Source: Planctomycetota bacterium
Lineage (GTDB): Bacteria > Planctomycetota > UBA1135 > UBA2386
DNA length: 64,000 nt
Direction of reading: 5' to 3'
Assembly (NCBI GenBank): GCA_965223545.1
Contig: OZ245006.1
Coordinates: forward strand, 3,584,001 to 3,648,000
Shown piece after piece: positions 1 to 9,305 of the stretch (position 1 is its first letter; each line of letters starts with the position of its first letter). The translations under genes were made by a program, and so were the position numbers. Below the pieces are notes generated by a model. It was not told the DNA's origin. It worked only from the letters and a program-made list of their open reading frames with translations, and made no database searches.

Positions 1-1
1 C

Positions 2-430
2 GACCCCTACGACCCGAGCCTGTGGTTCGCCCTCGCCGCCACCGGCGCGGCGCTGCTCTTCGTCGGCATCCTGCTGCGGCGACGACCGGCACCAGCGCCG
101 CGGACTTCCCCCACCAGTGGCGCGCTTCGCCTGGACGACAGCCTCAGTCTGTCGAAGACCGCGCGCATCCACGCGGTGCAGTTCGGTGCGCGGCTGTTGA
201 TCGTCGGCGAGTGTCGCGGCCGCCTCAGTGTGTTGGCGGAAGATGAGGCGAGCGCTGCCGCCGAAGACCACTCCGGCGCCGAGCCCATCGACCTCGTGAT
301 CCCGCGCCGCGACGCGCGGGCTGCGCCCGCGGCGCAACGCCCACGCACCGCCTCGCGCAGTCCGAAGACCGCCGAGCTGACGGATCTCGCCAAGCTCCTG
401 GACCTGGCCGGGGTCGATGCCACCTCTTGA
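2..430 (+). CDS. FliO-like flagellar biosynthesis protein (5' truncated by window)
   Basis: Frame is open from nt 2. A TM segment (LWFALAATGAALLFVGILL) precedes LRLDDSLSLSKTARIHAVQFGARLLIVGE, a FliO-like beta motif. It sits directly upstream of flhF. Confidence 0.6.
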   Translation, partial: DPYDPSLWFALAATGAALLFVGILLRRRPAPAPRTSPTSGALRLDDSLSLSKTARIHAVQFGARLLIVGECRGRLSVLAEDEASAAAEDHSGAEPIDLVIPRRDARAAPAAQRPRTASRSPKTAELTDLAKLLDLAGVDATS

Positions 431-449
431 ACATCCGCAGCGCGACCCC

Positions 450-1409
450 GTGCGCCAGCGCTACTTCTTCGGCACAACCCTGCGCCATGCGCTCGCCGCC
501 GCCCACGCCGAGTGCGGCAAGGACGCCCTCTTGCTGCGCACCTTGCCGGGCCCGCGCGGCTATGTCGTCATCGTCCGCCCGGCCGCGGCGCCGCCCTCGA
601 CACAACAGACCGAGGAGCCGACGGTCGAGATTCCGCGGTTGCCGCGCGCGACCGGGCCCGAAGCCGCCCTGTTGCGCCAGGGCCGCGCGTTCGGCATGAG
701 CACCGCTCTCCTGGATGCGCTGCGCACCGCGTTGGGTCCCGGCGACGACGTCGACCACGCGGCCGCCACCGCCGCCCTTTCGCACCTGCTGCCGACCTGC
801 AAGCTGGCGCTGCCGCAGTTCCACACCACGGTCTTGGTCGGACCCAGCGGCGCCGGCAAGAGCGCCACCGCGACCAAGCTCGCCGTGGCCGCGGCCGCCG
901 CCGGCGAGCGTGCGGTGTTGCTGCGTCTCGACCCGACCGCGCGCGCCGCTTGGCGCGAGCACGCGGCCACCGCATCGGCGCACTACGCGGTGGCGACCGT
1001 GGCCGACATCGAAGGCGCACTACGCCTGCGGCGCGCCCACGAGGACGTGCAGCGCTGGATCGTCGACACCGAAGCGCTGCGCCCGCGACGCCCGACCGCG
1101 GTGTCCGCGATGGCACGCCAGCTCGAGCCACTGCGCCCCGCGACGGTCGTGTGCTTGCCCGCGACCCACCGCCCCGCCGATGCGGCCGCGGTGCTCACTG
1201 CCGCCACGCCGCTGGCGCCGGCCGCAGCCGTGGTCACGAAGTGGGACGAGACCAGCCAGCCGGGCGAGATCCTGTCGCTGCTGGCCGAGGCAGAGCTGCC
1301 CTTGTCCCACGTCGCGGTCGGCCCCGACCCGCACACGGACTTGGTGCACGCCGATGCTCGGGTCCTCGCCGAGTGTGTCCTCCGCCGCCCCGCCGAGGCC
1401 CCCGCATGA
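450..1409 (+). CDS. flhF: FlhF-like SRP-family GTPase
   Basis: FlhF-type N-terminus (RQRYFFGTTLRHAL..ECGKDALLL), P-loop GPSGAGKSATATKLA and TKWDET. Coupled to flhG. The start is GTG450 or ATG417. Confidence 0.8.
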   Translation: MRQRYFFGTTLRHALAAAHAECGKDALLLRTLPGPRGYVVIVRPAAAPPSTQQTEEPTVEIPRLPRATGPEAALLRQGRAFGMSTALLDALRTALGPGDDVDHAAATAALSHLLPTCKLALPQFHTTVLVGPSGAGKSATATKLAVAAAAAGERAVLLRLDPTARAAWREHAATASAHYAVATVADIEGALRLRRAHEDVQRWIVDTEALRPRRPTAVSAMARQLEPLRPATVVCLPATHRPADAAAVLTAATPLAPAAAVVTKWDETSQPGEILSLLAEAELPLSHVAVGPDPHTDLVHADARVLAECVLRRPAEAPA

Positions 1410-2218
1410 GCCGCCGCACTCCGTGGCTGGCGATCGCCGGGGCCAAGGGCGGCGTTGGCAAGACGACGATCGCCGTCAATCTCGCCATCCTAGCGGCACG
1501 TCAGGGCTACGCCCCGCTGCTCGTCGACCTCGACCCGGGCCTCGCCAACGTCGACGTCTTTCTGCGACGCGCGCCATCGGCCACGCTCGACGATGTGCTG
1601 TGCGGAGACGTCGACATCGAGCACGCCGTGTTCGACGGTCCCGCGGGGATCCGCGTGCTGACCGGGCGCAGCGGCTCGACCCGGCTTGTGCGCGACGCCG
1701 CGGCGCGGACGCGGCTGTTCGCCGCGCTGCAGCGGGCGGCCGAGGACTACGATCTCGTGGTGTGCGACACCGGTGCCGGCATCGGTCCGGCGGTGACGGA
1801 CACGCTGCGGCGCGCGACGCACAACCTCGCGGTGACGACCCCGGACCCCGCGGCCGTGACGGACACCTACGCGCTGATCAAGTTGCTGCGCGCGCTGCGC
1901 GCGCCGACCCCGGCGGTGGTCTTCAACCGCGTCGACGGCCGGGCGCAGGCGCTGCGCTGCGCCGCCAAGCTCGGCGGGGTGGTCGAGCAGTTCTTGGGGC
2001 AGATCTCGCCGTGCGCCGGCTGGTTGAGCGAATCGGAGTCGGTGCGCGCAGCGACGGCCGCGCAGCGGCCGTTCGTGCTGGATGCGGTGCCCGATTGCGC
2101 GGCCACGCGCGAGCTGGCCGCGGTGACCGCGAGCGCGCTCTCGCGCACGGCGGGACTGCGCCGCGCCACCACCGCCACGGGTGCACGCGGTGCGGTGTTC
2201 GGCCCGAGCATGTCGTGA
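1406..2218 (+). CDS. flhG: FlhG/MinD-like ATPase
   Basis: GAKGGVGKTT deviant Walker A, DLDPGLANVD, DTGAG and TTPDPAAVTDTYALIK. ATGA overlap with flhF. Confidence 0.85.
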   Translation: MSRRTPWLAIAGAKGGVGKTTIAVNLAILAARQGYAPLLVDLDPGLANVDVFLRRAPSATLDDVLCGDVDIEHAVFDGPAGIRVLTGRSGSTRLVRDAAARTRLFAALQRAAEDYDLVVCDTGAGIGPAVTDTLRRATHNLAVTTPDPAAVTDTYALIKLLRALRAPTPAVVFNRVDGRAQALRCAAKLGGVVEQFLGQISPCAGWLSESESVRAATAAQRPFVLDAVPDCAATRELAAVTASALSRTAGLRRATTATGARGAVFGPSMS

Positions 2219-2321
2219 TCCGCGGCCTCCGGACGTCCGCTGAAGAGCCGCGGGCGTTCTGCCTGGCCCTGGGTCGGAACAACCGCGCTATTCTCCACTC
2301 GGTTCAACAGACGAGGTCTCG

Positions 2322-2798
2322 ATGCATCTTCTCCTGCGCACCGGTCTCACCGGACTCGTCCTCGCCGGACTCGCGACCACCGCGGTCGCCCAATGCCCGG
2401 CGGGAGCTTCGTTCAACAAGTACGGCGCCACCTGCACGTTCTTCGGTCAGGCCGGCGTCCTCGACGGCAAGTACGACCCCGCGTCGTGCACACTGCGCCT
2501 GCAGTTCTCCGCCTCGACCACGTGCTGCAACACGTTTCCCGCGGCGCAGGCCCTGCTGATCGGCGCCCAGCCGGTCACCCCCGGCGTGCCCCACCCGGCG
2601 CTGGTGCGCGGTTGCGAGCTCGCGGTGCTGCCGCTGGTGACGGTGGTCGTCGCCGGCCACAGCCAACCCTTCGATCTCCGCGTGCCGGCGATCGGCACAG
2701 CGACGATCTACGCGCAAGGGGTGACCGACTACTTCACGACGATCGGCTTCAGCCACGACTACCAGACCACGCAAGGGCTGCAGATCGACTTCCGGTAG
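2322..2798 (+). CDS. Secreted protein consisting almost entirely of the recurrent Cys-pair C-terminal domain
   Basis: Signal peptide ending AVA-Q, then YGATC...GCEL...LRVP...YAQG...QGL. Confidence 0.7.
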   Translation: MHLLLRTGLTGLVLAGLATTAVAQCPAGASFNKYGATCTFFGQAGVLDGKYDPASCTLRLQFSASTTCCNTFPAAQALLIGAQPVTPGVPHPALVRGCELAVLPLVTVVVAGHSQPFDLRVPAIGTATIYAQGVTDYFTTIGFSHDYQTTQGLQIDFR

Positions 2799-2832
2799 CG
2801 TGCCGCGCGGGCGCGGCGGCTACGATCCGCGC

Positions 2833-5800
2833 ATGGCGCGCCCGCTCCTCTTCGCTCTAGCGCTCGCCATCCCCGGGATCCCGGCGGACGCGCGCGCCCA
2901 GCAAACGCCGCACTGGGTCTGGCATCCGACGCCCACTGAGCACGTCGCCCTGCGCCGCGCGTTCTCGCTGCCGGCCGATGCCGTCGAGGCGCGGCTGTGG
3001 GCGACGGCCGACAACCACGTCGACGTGTGGCTCAACGGCGGGTTCGTGCTGCGCGGCGACGTCTGGGAAGAGGTCGGCTCCGTCGCGTTGGATCAACTGA
3101 GCGCCGGGGCCAACACCATTCTGGTGCTGGCGAAGAACGAAGGGGGGCCGGCGGCCGCCGCGGTGCGGCTCTGGGCGCGGTTGGCGGACGGCACCGAGTG
3201 GGAGCTTTGCACCGATGGCGACTGGCAATGCACGGACACGCCGCCGGACGATCCCTCGACGCCCGCCGACGGCAGCGAGTGGCGGGCCGTCGCGGTGCTC
3301 GGCGCGGTCGGCGATCCCAACCTGCCGTGGACGGCCGTCGAAGCCGCCGACTTTGCGCGCGACCCGGCGGCGGTGCAGACACAAGCACCGACTCCCGCCG
3401 AGGGGATCGAACTGCTACCGGGCTTCGCGGTCGAACGGCTGTATGCCGTCGACCGCGCGACCCAGGGCTCGTGGGTCTCGCTGGCGCGCGGGCCCGCCGG
3501 CACCCTGGTGGCGAGTGATCAGCGCGGCAAGGGTCTGTTTCGCATCCAGCCGGCCACCCTCGGCGACCCCGCCGCGCTGACCACCGTCCAGCGCCTGCCG
3601 ATCCAGCTCGAACGCGCACAGGGCATGGTGTGGGCGTTCGACAGCCTGTACGCGGTCGTCAACGGCGCCGACTCCGGCCTGTACCGCGCGCGCGACGGCG
3701 ATGGCGACGGCGAGCTCGACACCGTGGAGCAGCTCACCGCACTCGACGGCAGCGGCGAGCACGGCCCGCACGGCGTCGTCGTCACCCCGGACGGCGAAGC
3801 GCTGATGATCGCCTGCGGCAACCACACAGCGGTGCCGACCGATGCCGTGCGGCGCAGTCGCATCCCGATGACCTGGGGCGAGGACCTGCTGCTGCCGCGC
3901 CTGTGGGACGCGCGCGGCCACGCGCGCGGCCGGCTTGCACCAGGCGGCTTCATCTGTCGCGTCAGCCCGGACGGACAAGACTGGGAGATCCACAGCGTCG
4001 GCTACCGCAATCAGTACGACCTGGCGTTCTCCGCCGACGGCGAGCTGTTCACCTTCGACGCCGACATGGAGTGGGACATGGGGATGCCTTGGTACCGTCC
4101 GACGCGCATCTGCCACGTCGTCAGCGGCAGCGAGTTCGGTTGGCGCGCAGGCTCGGGAAAGTGGCCGGCGGATTCTCCCGACTCGCTGCCCGCCGCGGTG
4201 GAGATCGGACCCGGCTCGCCGACGGGAGTCGTGTTCGGTACCGACGCGGCATTTCCCGCGGCCTACCGGCGCGCGCTGTTCGCCCTCGACTGGACCTTCG
4301 GCACCGTCTGGGCGGTCCATCTGGAGGCTCATGGCGGCAGCTATCGCGGCACTGCCGAGCCGTTCGCCACCGGCGCTCCCCTGCCGGTGTGCGACGCGGT
4401 GGTGGGCACCGATGGCGCGCTCTATCTCGTCACCGGCGGCCGCGGCGTCGCCTCGGCGCTGTACCGCGTGTCCTGGCAGGGCGAAGCGGGCGCCGCGCCG
4501 GCAGCCTCGCCCCCGACGCCGGAGGCCGCACTGCGGCGGTCGCTGGAGCGCTTTCACGGCGTCGCCGACGCGGCGGCCATCGACGCGGCGTGGCCGCATC
4601 TCGGCCACCGCGATCGCCACGTCCGCTATGCCGCACGACTGGCGGTGGAAGCCCAGCCGGTCTCGCGCTGGAGCGCGCGCGCGCTCGACGAACGCGATCC
4701 GGCGCGCAGCGCCCACGCGCTGCTGGCGCTGGCGCGTTTTGGCGATTCCCCGCTGTTGCCAGGGCTGCTCGCCGCCGCCCGCCGCATCGACCTGGCCGCC
4801 GCGGACGACATCGTGCAGCACGCGGCGCTGCGCGCGCTGGCGCTCGCCGCGATCCGGATGGGTCCGCTCGACGAGCCCACGTTGAACGATCTGCGCGCGC
4901 ACTTGGCCGGGCTACCGCCACCACGCGGCGACAGCGCCCGGGCGTTGTGGGTCGAGCTGCGGGTGTACGCGCGCGACCCGGCCATCGTCCCCGTCGCGGT
5001 CGCGACGCTCGCGCCACTGCGCGCGGACGCACCGCCGGCCTGGGGCGCGCTGATCGAGCGCAACGACTCCTACGGCGCGCCGATCCGGCGCATGCTCGAC
5101 GCCATGCCACCCGTCATGCAGCTGCAGACTGCGCTGACACTGCGTGTCGCGCGAGAGGGTTGGGACCCCGCGCTGCGCCGGCAGTACTTCGAGTTCTTGG
5201 CGGCGGCGGGCGACCGGCCGGGCGGCTCGAGCTACCAGGGATTCGTGCAGATGATACGCAACGAGGCGCTCGCCGAGTGCAGCGAGACCGAGCGCGAAGC
5301 GTTGGCTGCGTTGTTGGTCGGCGATGGTCCACCGCGCGAGCCGCCGGCCGCGATCGAGTGGAGCGGCGTACGACACGATTGGACGCTCGAGAACGCCGCG
5401 GCGAGCGTCGACGGCGCGCTGCGCAAGCGGGACTTCGAGCGGGGGCGCGCGCTGTTCTTCGCCGCCGCGTGCGCCGCCTGCCACCGCTTCGACGGCGAGG
5501 GCGGCAGCGTCGGCCCCGACCTCACCAGCGCCGGCAATCGCTTTTCGACCGAGGATCTGCTGGAGGCGATCATCGACCCCAGCGCGGCGATCTCCGACCA
5601 GTACGAGTCGGCCATCGTGTTCTGCACCGACGGGCGGGCGGTGTTCGGCCGCGTCGTGGAGACCGAGGACGGCGACGTGCTGGTCTATCCGCCGGTACCG
5701 ATGGCGCCGCCGGTGCGCATCGCCGAGGGCGAGGTCGATCGGATCCAGCCATCGCCCATCTCGCAGATGCCGCCGGACCTGCTCGCACCGCTCGACGAGG

Positions 5801-5868
5801 AAGATCTGCGCGACCTCGTCGCCTACCTGCTGTCGCGCGCCAACGCCGACGACGGCATGTTCCGCTGA
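2833..5868 (+). CDS. PVC-type membrane-bound dehydrogenase / heme-binding protein
   Basis: Signal peptide, beta-propeller (GEHGPH, GYRNQYD, DADMEWDMG, GPGSPTG), HEAT-like region, C-terminal CAACH..GPDL...SQMP cytochrome c domain. Confidence 0.9.
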   Translation: MARPLLFALALAIPGIPADARAQQTPHWVWHPTPTEHVALRRAFSLPADAVEARLWATADNHVDVWLNGGFVLRGDVWEEVGSVALDQLSAGANTILVLAKNEGGPAAAAVRLWARLADGTEWELCTDGDWQCTDTPPDDPSTPADGSEWRAVAVLGAVGDPNLPWTAVEAADFARDPAAVQTQAPTPAEGIELLPGFAVERLYAVDRATQGSWVSLARGPAGTLVASDQRGKGLFRIQPATLGDPAALTTVQRLPIQLERAQGMVWAFDSLYAVVNGADSGLYRARDGDGDGELDTVEQLTALDGSGEHGPHGVVVTPDGEALMIACGNHTAVPTDAVRRSRIPMTWGEDLLLPRLWDARGHARGRLAPGGFICRVSPDGQDWEIHSVGYRNQYDLAFSADGELFTFDADMEWDMGMPWYRPTRICHVVSGSEFGWRAGSGKWPADSPDSLPAAVEIGPGSPTGVVFGTDAAFPAAYRRALFALDWTFGTVWAVHLEAHGGSYRGTAEPFATGAPLPVCDAVVGTDGALYLVTGGRGVASALYRVSWQGEAGAAPAASPPTPEAALRRSLERFHGVADAAAIDAAWPHLGHRDRHVRYAARLAVEAQPVSRWSARALDERDPARSAHALLALARFGDSPLLPGLLAAARRIDLAAADDIVQHAALRALALAAIRMGPLDEPTLNDLRAHLAGLPPPRGDSARALWVELRVYARDPAIVPVAVATLAPLRADAPPAWGALIERNDSYGAPIRRMLDAMPPVMQLQTALTLRVAREGWDPALRRQYFEFLAAAGDRPGGSSYQGFVQMIRNEALAECSETEREALAALLVGDGPPREPPAAIEWSGVRHDWTLENAAASVDGALRKRDFERGRALFFAAACAACHRFDGEGGSVGPDLTSAGNRFSTEDLLEAIIDPSAAISDQYESAIVFCTDGRAVFGRVVETEDGDVLVYPPVPMAPPVRIAEGEVDRIQPSPISQMPPDLLAPLDEEDLRDLVAYLLSRANADDGMFR

Positions 5869-5910
5869 TCGCGCTCAGCGGGGCCGTGCAGGCGCACGGC
5901 GAGAGCGCTG

Positions 5911-6918
5911 CTAAGCGTCGCAGTCGACCCGCAGGCCGTTGGACGAGCGGATGCGCACCGCGGTCGTGCCCGCCTGGAACGGCAGGGCCTGCATGTAGCC
6001 CGTGCCACCCAATGGTCCCGGCGTGGGCACGCGCAGATTGGCCTCGCCGTTGGCGTCGGAGCGCACCAGGACCAGCGCGAGCGGATTGGCGAGCAGCGGG
6101 CATTGGGTTCCCGGGATCGGGAAGTTGATCGGGCGATCGCCGAAGACGAGGGCAACTCCCGCGTTGGGGAAGCCACCCGTCAACTTGAACGTGAACACGT
6201 GCTGGTTGTTCACGATCCGGTCGGCGCCGGTCAGCACCGGCCCGCAGCCCCGGCCGTACGGCGTGATGACGCACGCCGAGTCGGGCTGGTACTGCACCGC
6301 CAGGTCCAGCCGATAACTGCTGGAGAGCACGAACGGCGAGCTGTCGGCGAGGCCGTGGGTAGTGATGACCGCGGCCACCCCTAGGGCACCATTGACCTTG
6401 ATCGATGCGCGCTGCGTGGTGCCATCGACCGCGGCACGGTACTCGGGGTTGCCGTCGCCATCGACGTCGACCTCGACGCCGGCGCGCGCCGAGGCGGAGG
6501 CATCCCCCGACAGCACGATCAGGAGGTGCCCCTGCACTGCGCCGGCGAGGCCCATGCGGAAAGAATGCGGTGCCGCGGTGATTTGCAGCGGCGCGGTCGA
6601 CGTCGTCGTGCCCGCGCGCACGGTCTGCGCCCCGGTGCGCGTTGCAGTGCCGGTCTCGATGATGCGCACGCCCAAGGTCGAGGGCGAGATCGACAGCGGC
6701 GACGCGGTCGTGGTGGCGTCGGTGCGGCCGACGCTCGCCTTGAGCACCAACGGCGCGGCGATCGGCACGCCGCCGGCGACCTGCTTCAAGTCGAGCACGG
6801 CTCCGTCTTGCGCGAACACACCGACGACGGACTCGGTGGAGAAGCGCAGGGTAGGACCTTGCGCGATCGCGATGCTCGCCACGGCGCACACCGCGGCGGT
6901 GATTCGAACTGTGTACAT
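5911..6918 (-). CDS. Secreted hypothetical protein with Cys-pair C-terminal domain
   Basis: Signal peptide ending AIA-Q, a DVDGDG motif, and C-terminal YGRGC...QCPLL...LRVP...MQA...SNGL. Confidence 0.75.
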   Translation of the reverse strand: MYTVRITAAVCAVASIAIAQGPTLRFSTESVVGVFAQDGAVLDLKQVAGGVPIAAPLVLKASVGRTDATTTASPLSISPSTLGVRIIETGTATRTGAQTVRAGTTTSTAPLQITAAPHSFRMGLAGAVQGHLLIVLSGDASASARAGVEVDVDGDGNPEYRAAVDGTTQRASIKVNGALGVAAVITTHGLADSSPFVLSSSYRLDLAVQYQPDSACVITPYGRGCGPVLTGADRIVNNQHVFTFKLTGGFPNAGVALVFGDRPINFPIPGTQCPLLANPLALVLVRSDANGEANLRVPTPGPLGGTGYMQALPFQAGTTAVRIRSSNGLRVDCDA

Positions 6919-7090
6919 GGATTGATCTCCGAGGGGATGCCGGATCGATTGCCGCGGGTCAGCCGTCGTGGCAATCCGGTTCGCGGATCCCGCGGTCGCG
7001 ATCTCGAGGACTGTTGTGCGCAGTGCGGCAAATCGCCGGCGTGATCGACGGATTTTCGCGAGTCGCCTTTGTCACCGGCAACGCACTAAG

Positions 7091-7543
7091 ATGACCGGCG
7101 CCGCCATGCCGACTCCCGAGCCGCCACCCGATTCGAGCGCGAGCAACGCGCCGTTCGACGACGCCGCACTGCAAGCCGCGCGGCGCGATCTGCGCAACCG
7201 CCGGCTGCAACACCCGGGCCTGCCGCTCACGCCGCTGATCAACACCTACCGCGCCGAGCTCGCCGCGGTCGGCCGGGACGTCGCGATCCCCGACGGCGCC
7301 ACGCGCGCACACCTCGTCCTCCTCGAAGAGGCGCGCCTCGAGACCGGTGGCGCCGAACTCGTCGTGTCGAGCGTCACCAACGACCTCGGCACGCGCATCG
7401 CGCGCGTCTCGATCGAGAGCGACGGCGTCGAGATCGCGCAGGGCGAGATCGACGGCCATCCCGTCTGCCTACCGCTGCCCGCCTGGCAGCCGACGCGCTC
7501 GGAGTGGGTCTTGCGCTTTCACAAGAACGCGGCGAAGGGGTGA
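7091..7543 (+). CDS. Hypothetical protein
   Basis: GC3-biased ORF with protein-like composition and a beta-rich C-terminal half. No recognisable family. Confidence 0.55.
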   Translation: MTGAAMPTPEPPPDSSASNAPFDDAALQAARRDLRNRRLQHPGLPLTPLINTYRAELAAVGRDVAIPDGATRAHLVLLEEARLETGGAELVVSSVTNDLGTRIARVSIESDGVEIAQGEIDGHPVCLPLPAWQPTRSEWVLRFHKNAAKG

Positions 7544-7580
7544 GGCAGCGAAGCGAGAAAATCGAGCCGGACTCCGTACT

Positions 7581-9257
7581 TCACTGGCCGATGAGGGCGT
7601 CGGCGCCTCGGGTGAACACGACGCCGAGTGGGTTGACCGCGTCCGTGACCGCTCCCTGCAGATACAAGTGCCTGCCGACCAGGGCGGTGGCTGCCGCTGG
7701 AATCGGCAGGGACAGCTGGTTGCCGCTGGACACGGGCAGCGCCAGAGACCAGCTTCCGAGCAGTGAGCAACCCGGCGCCAGTGGGCCCAGGCTGAGCGGC
7801 GCGGGCGCAGTGGCCTGCGCGGTCAAGAAGGCGAGGTGCGAAGGCCCGACCGGTAGGTGCGTGAGCTCCAAGCCGAGCGCATTGCCGAGGCGCGGCAGGG
7901 TGCCGGACAGCTGGCGAATGCCCGGCTCGCCAGCCGAACCGGCACAGCCGACGTGGAAGGTGCTGAACGCGCCGCCCAGATCGAAAAGGTCCTGCGTCGG
8001 CCAGAGGCTCGTCGCGGTCACCGCGTTGGCCATGGTGCGGCTGATGGCATTCGGGCTCTGCGGAAACCGGTTGAACATCGCCACGAACGTCACGCCATCG
8101 CTCCGGCGCCGTTGATACGTCGAGGTCCCGGGATCGAGGGCGCCGTTGTGCCAGACATCTCCTGAAGGTTCGACGACCACGCCGAGACCGTACCAGGTCG
8201 CCTGCGGATCGGTGAACACCGCCGCGTTGCGCGCGTACATCTCTTGGATCATCGCCGCCGACAGCAGCGGCGATCGAGTCGGGTCGTCGAACGCCGCGAG
8301 GAAACGCGCATACTGCGACGGGGTCAGCACCCAGCCGCCCGCCGCGGCGGCGGTGCCGAGGTTGAATCCGCCGTAGACGAGGGGCACCCGCTGCCCCGAA
8401 CCCATCACCGACATGGCAGTGCGCGCTTGCGGGTCTTCGTAGGTGACCTCCCCGGCAACTTGCTGGCCGAGCACCGTCGACGTGACCCGGCCTCTGGCCG
8501 CGCCGACGCGTCCGAACACCTCGCGCAGGATGTAGCTCTCGTAGTCGAGACCGGTGATCTGCTCGATGACCAATCCAGCGAGCAGGTAGCCGAAGTTCGA
8601 ATACGCGTAACCCGCACCGGGAGCGGTGACCAACCGCATTTCCTGCATGTAATCGGCGATCATCTGCGGATCGGTGGGCAACGGCCGACCGAGCGATTGG
8701 CTGATCAACGCGTCGGCGAACAACGGGTCGTAGACTCCGCCCGGCAGGGTCGAGCCCGATTCTGGAACCGTCGGCACCGAACGATCCCATCCACCGGTGT
8801 GCTGCAGCAGGTGGCGCACCGTGAGCTGCTGCGCCCGCGGATCCAGCCAGCCACTCATGTCGAGGATCGTGTTGAGCGGCTGGTCGAGCCCGATCAAGCC
8901 GCGGTCGACGAGCTGCAGGGTACCGACGGCAGTAACCATCTTGGACAAGCTCGCGATGCGGAACAGGCTGTCCGGGGTGGTGGTGCCGACCGCCGCCGTG
9001 GTGTAGTCGAAGCCGCGCGCGTAGAGCAGCTTGCCCTGCCGGGTCACCGCGAGCGAACCGCTGAGGATGCCGCGGTTCTGCATGAACCGCTTCATGCCGT
9101 CCTCGAACGCCTGCATCTCGGGCACGACCGGACCGCTGGCAACCCATTGCTGTCCGGCGGCCACGCCGGAGAGAAACGCAGCGAAGACCGGGACGAGGCC
9201 GCCCCAACCGCTCGTGCGGCCGCGGACGCGAGGAAGCCGACAGACCTGCATTGCCAT
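7581..9257 (-). CDS. Secreted serine hydrolase (beta-lactamase class C-like) with Cys-pair C-terminal domain
   Basis: FRIASLSK (SxxK), LLQHTGG, YSNFGY and WHNG motifs. Confidence 0.9.
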   Translation of the reverse strand: MAMQVCRLPRVRGRTSGWGGLVPVFAAFLSGVAAGQQWVASGPVVPEMQAFEDGMKRFMQNRGILSGSLAVTRQGKLLYARGFDYTTAAVGTTTPDSLFRIASLSKMVTAVGTLQLVDRGLIGLDQPLNTILDMSGWLDPRAQQLTVRHLLQHTGGWDRSVPTVPESGSTLPGGVYDPLFADALISQSLGRPLPTDPQMIADYMQEMRLVTAPGAGYAYSNFGYLLAGLVIEQITGLDYESYILREVFGRVGAARGRVTSTVLGQQVAGEVTYEDPQARTAMSVMGSGQRVPLVYGGFNLGTAAAAGGWVLTPSQYARFLAAFDDPTRSPLLSAAMIQEMYARNAAVFTDPQATWYGLGVVVEPSGDVWHNGALDPGTSTYQRRRSDGVTFVAMFNRFPQSPNAISRTMANAVTATSLWPTQDLFDLGGAFSTFHVGCAGSAGEPGIRQLSGTLPRLGNALGLELTHLPVGPSHLAFLTAQATAPAPLSLGPLAPGCSLLGSWSLALPVSSGNQLSLPIPAAATALVGRHLYLQGAVTDAVNPLGVVFTRGADALIGQ

Positions 9258-9305
9258 TCCTGCAGTATGTACGTTTGCGCGGCCGCGGTGTGGACGTCGA
9301 CCGGA

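Noticed and set aside
7581..9257. Antibiotic-resistance beta-lactamase call (also for 41823-43229)
   Set aside because: SxxK/YxN motifs only define the serine hydrolase superfamily; the substrate is unknown.
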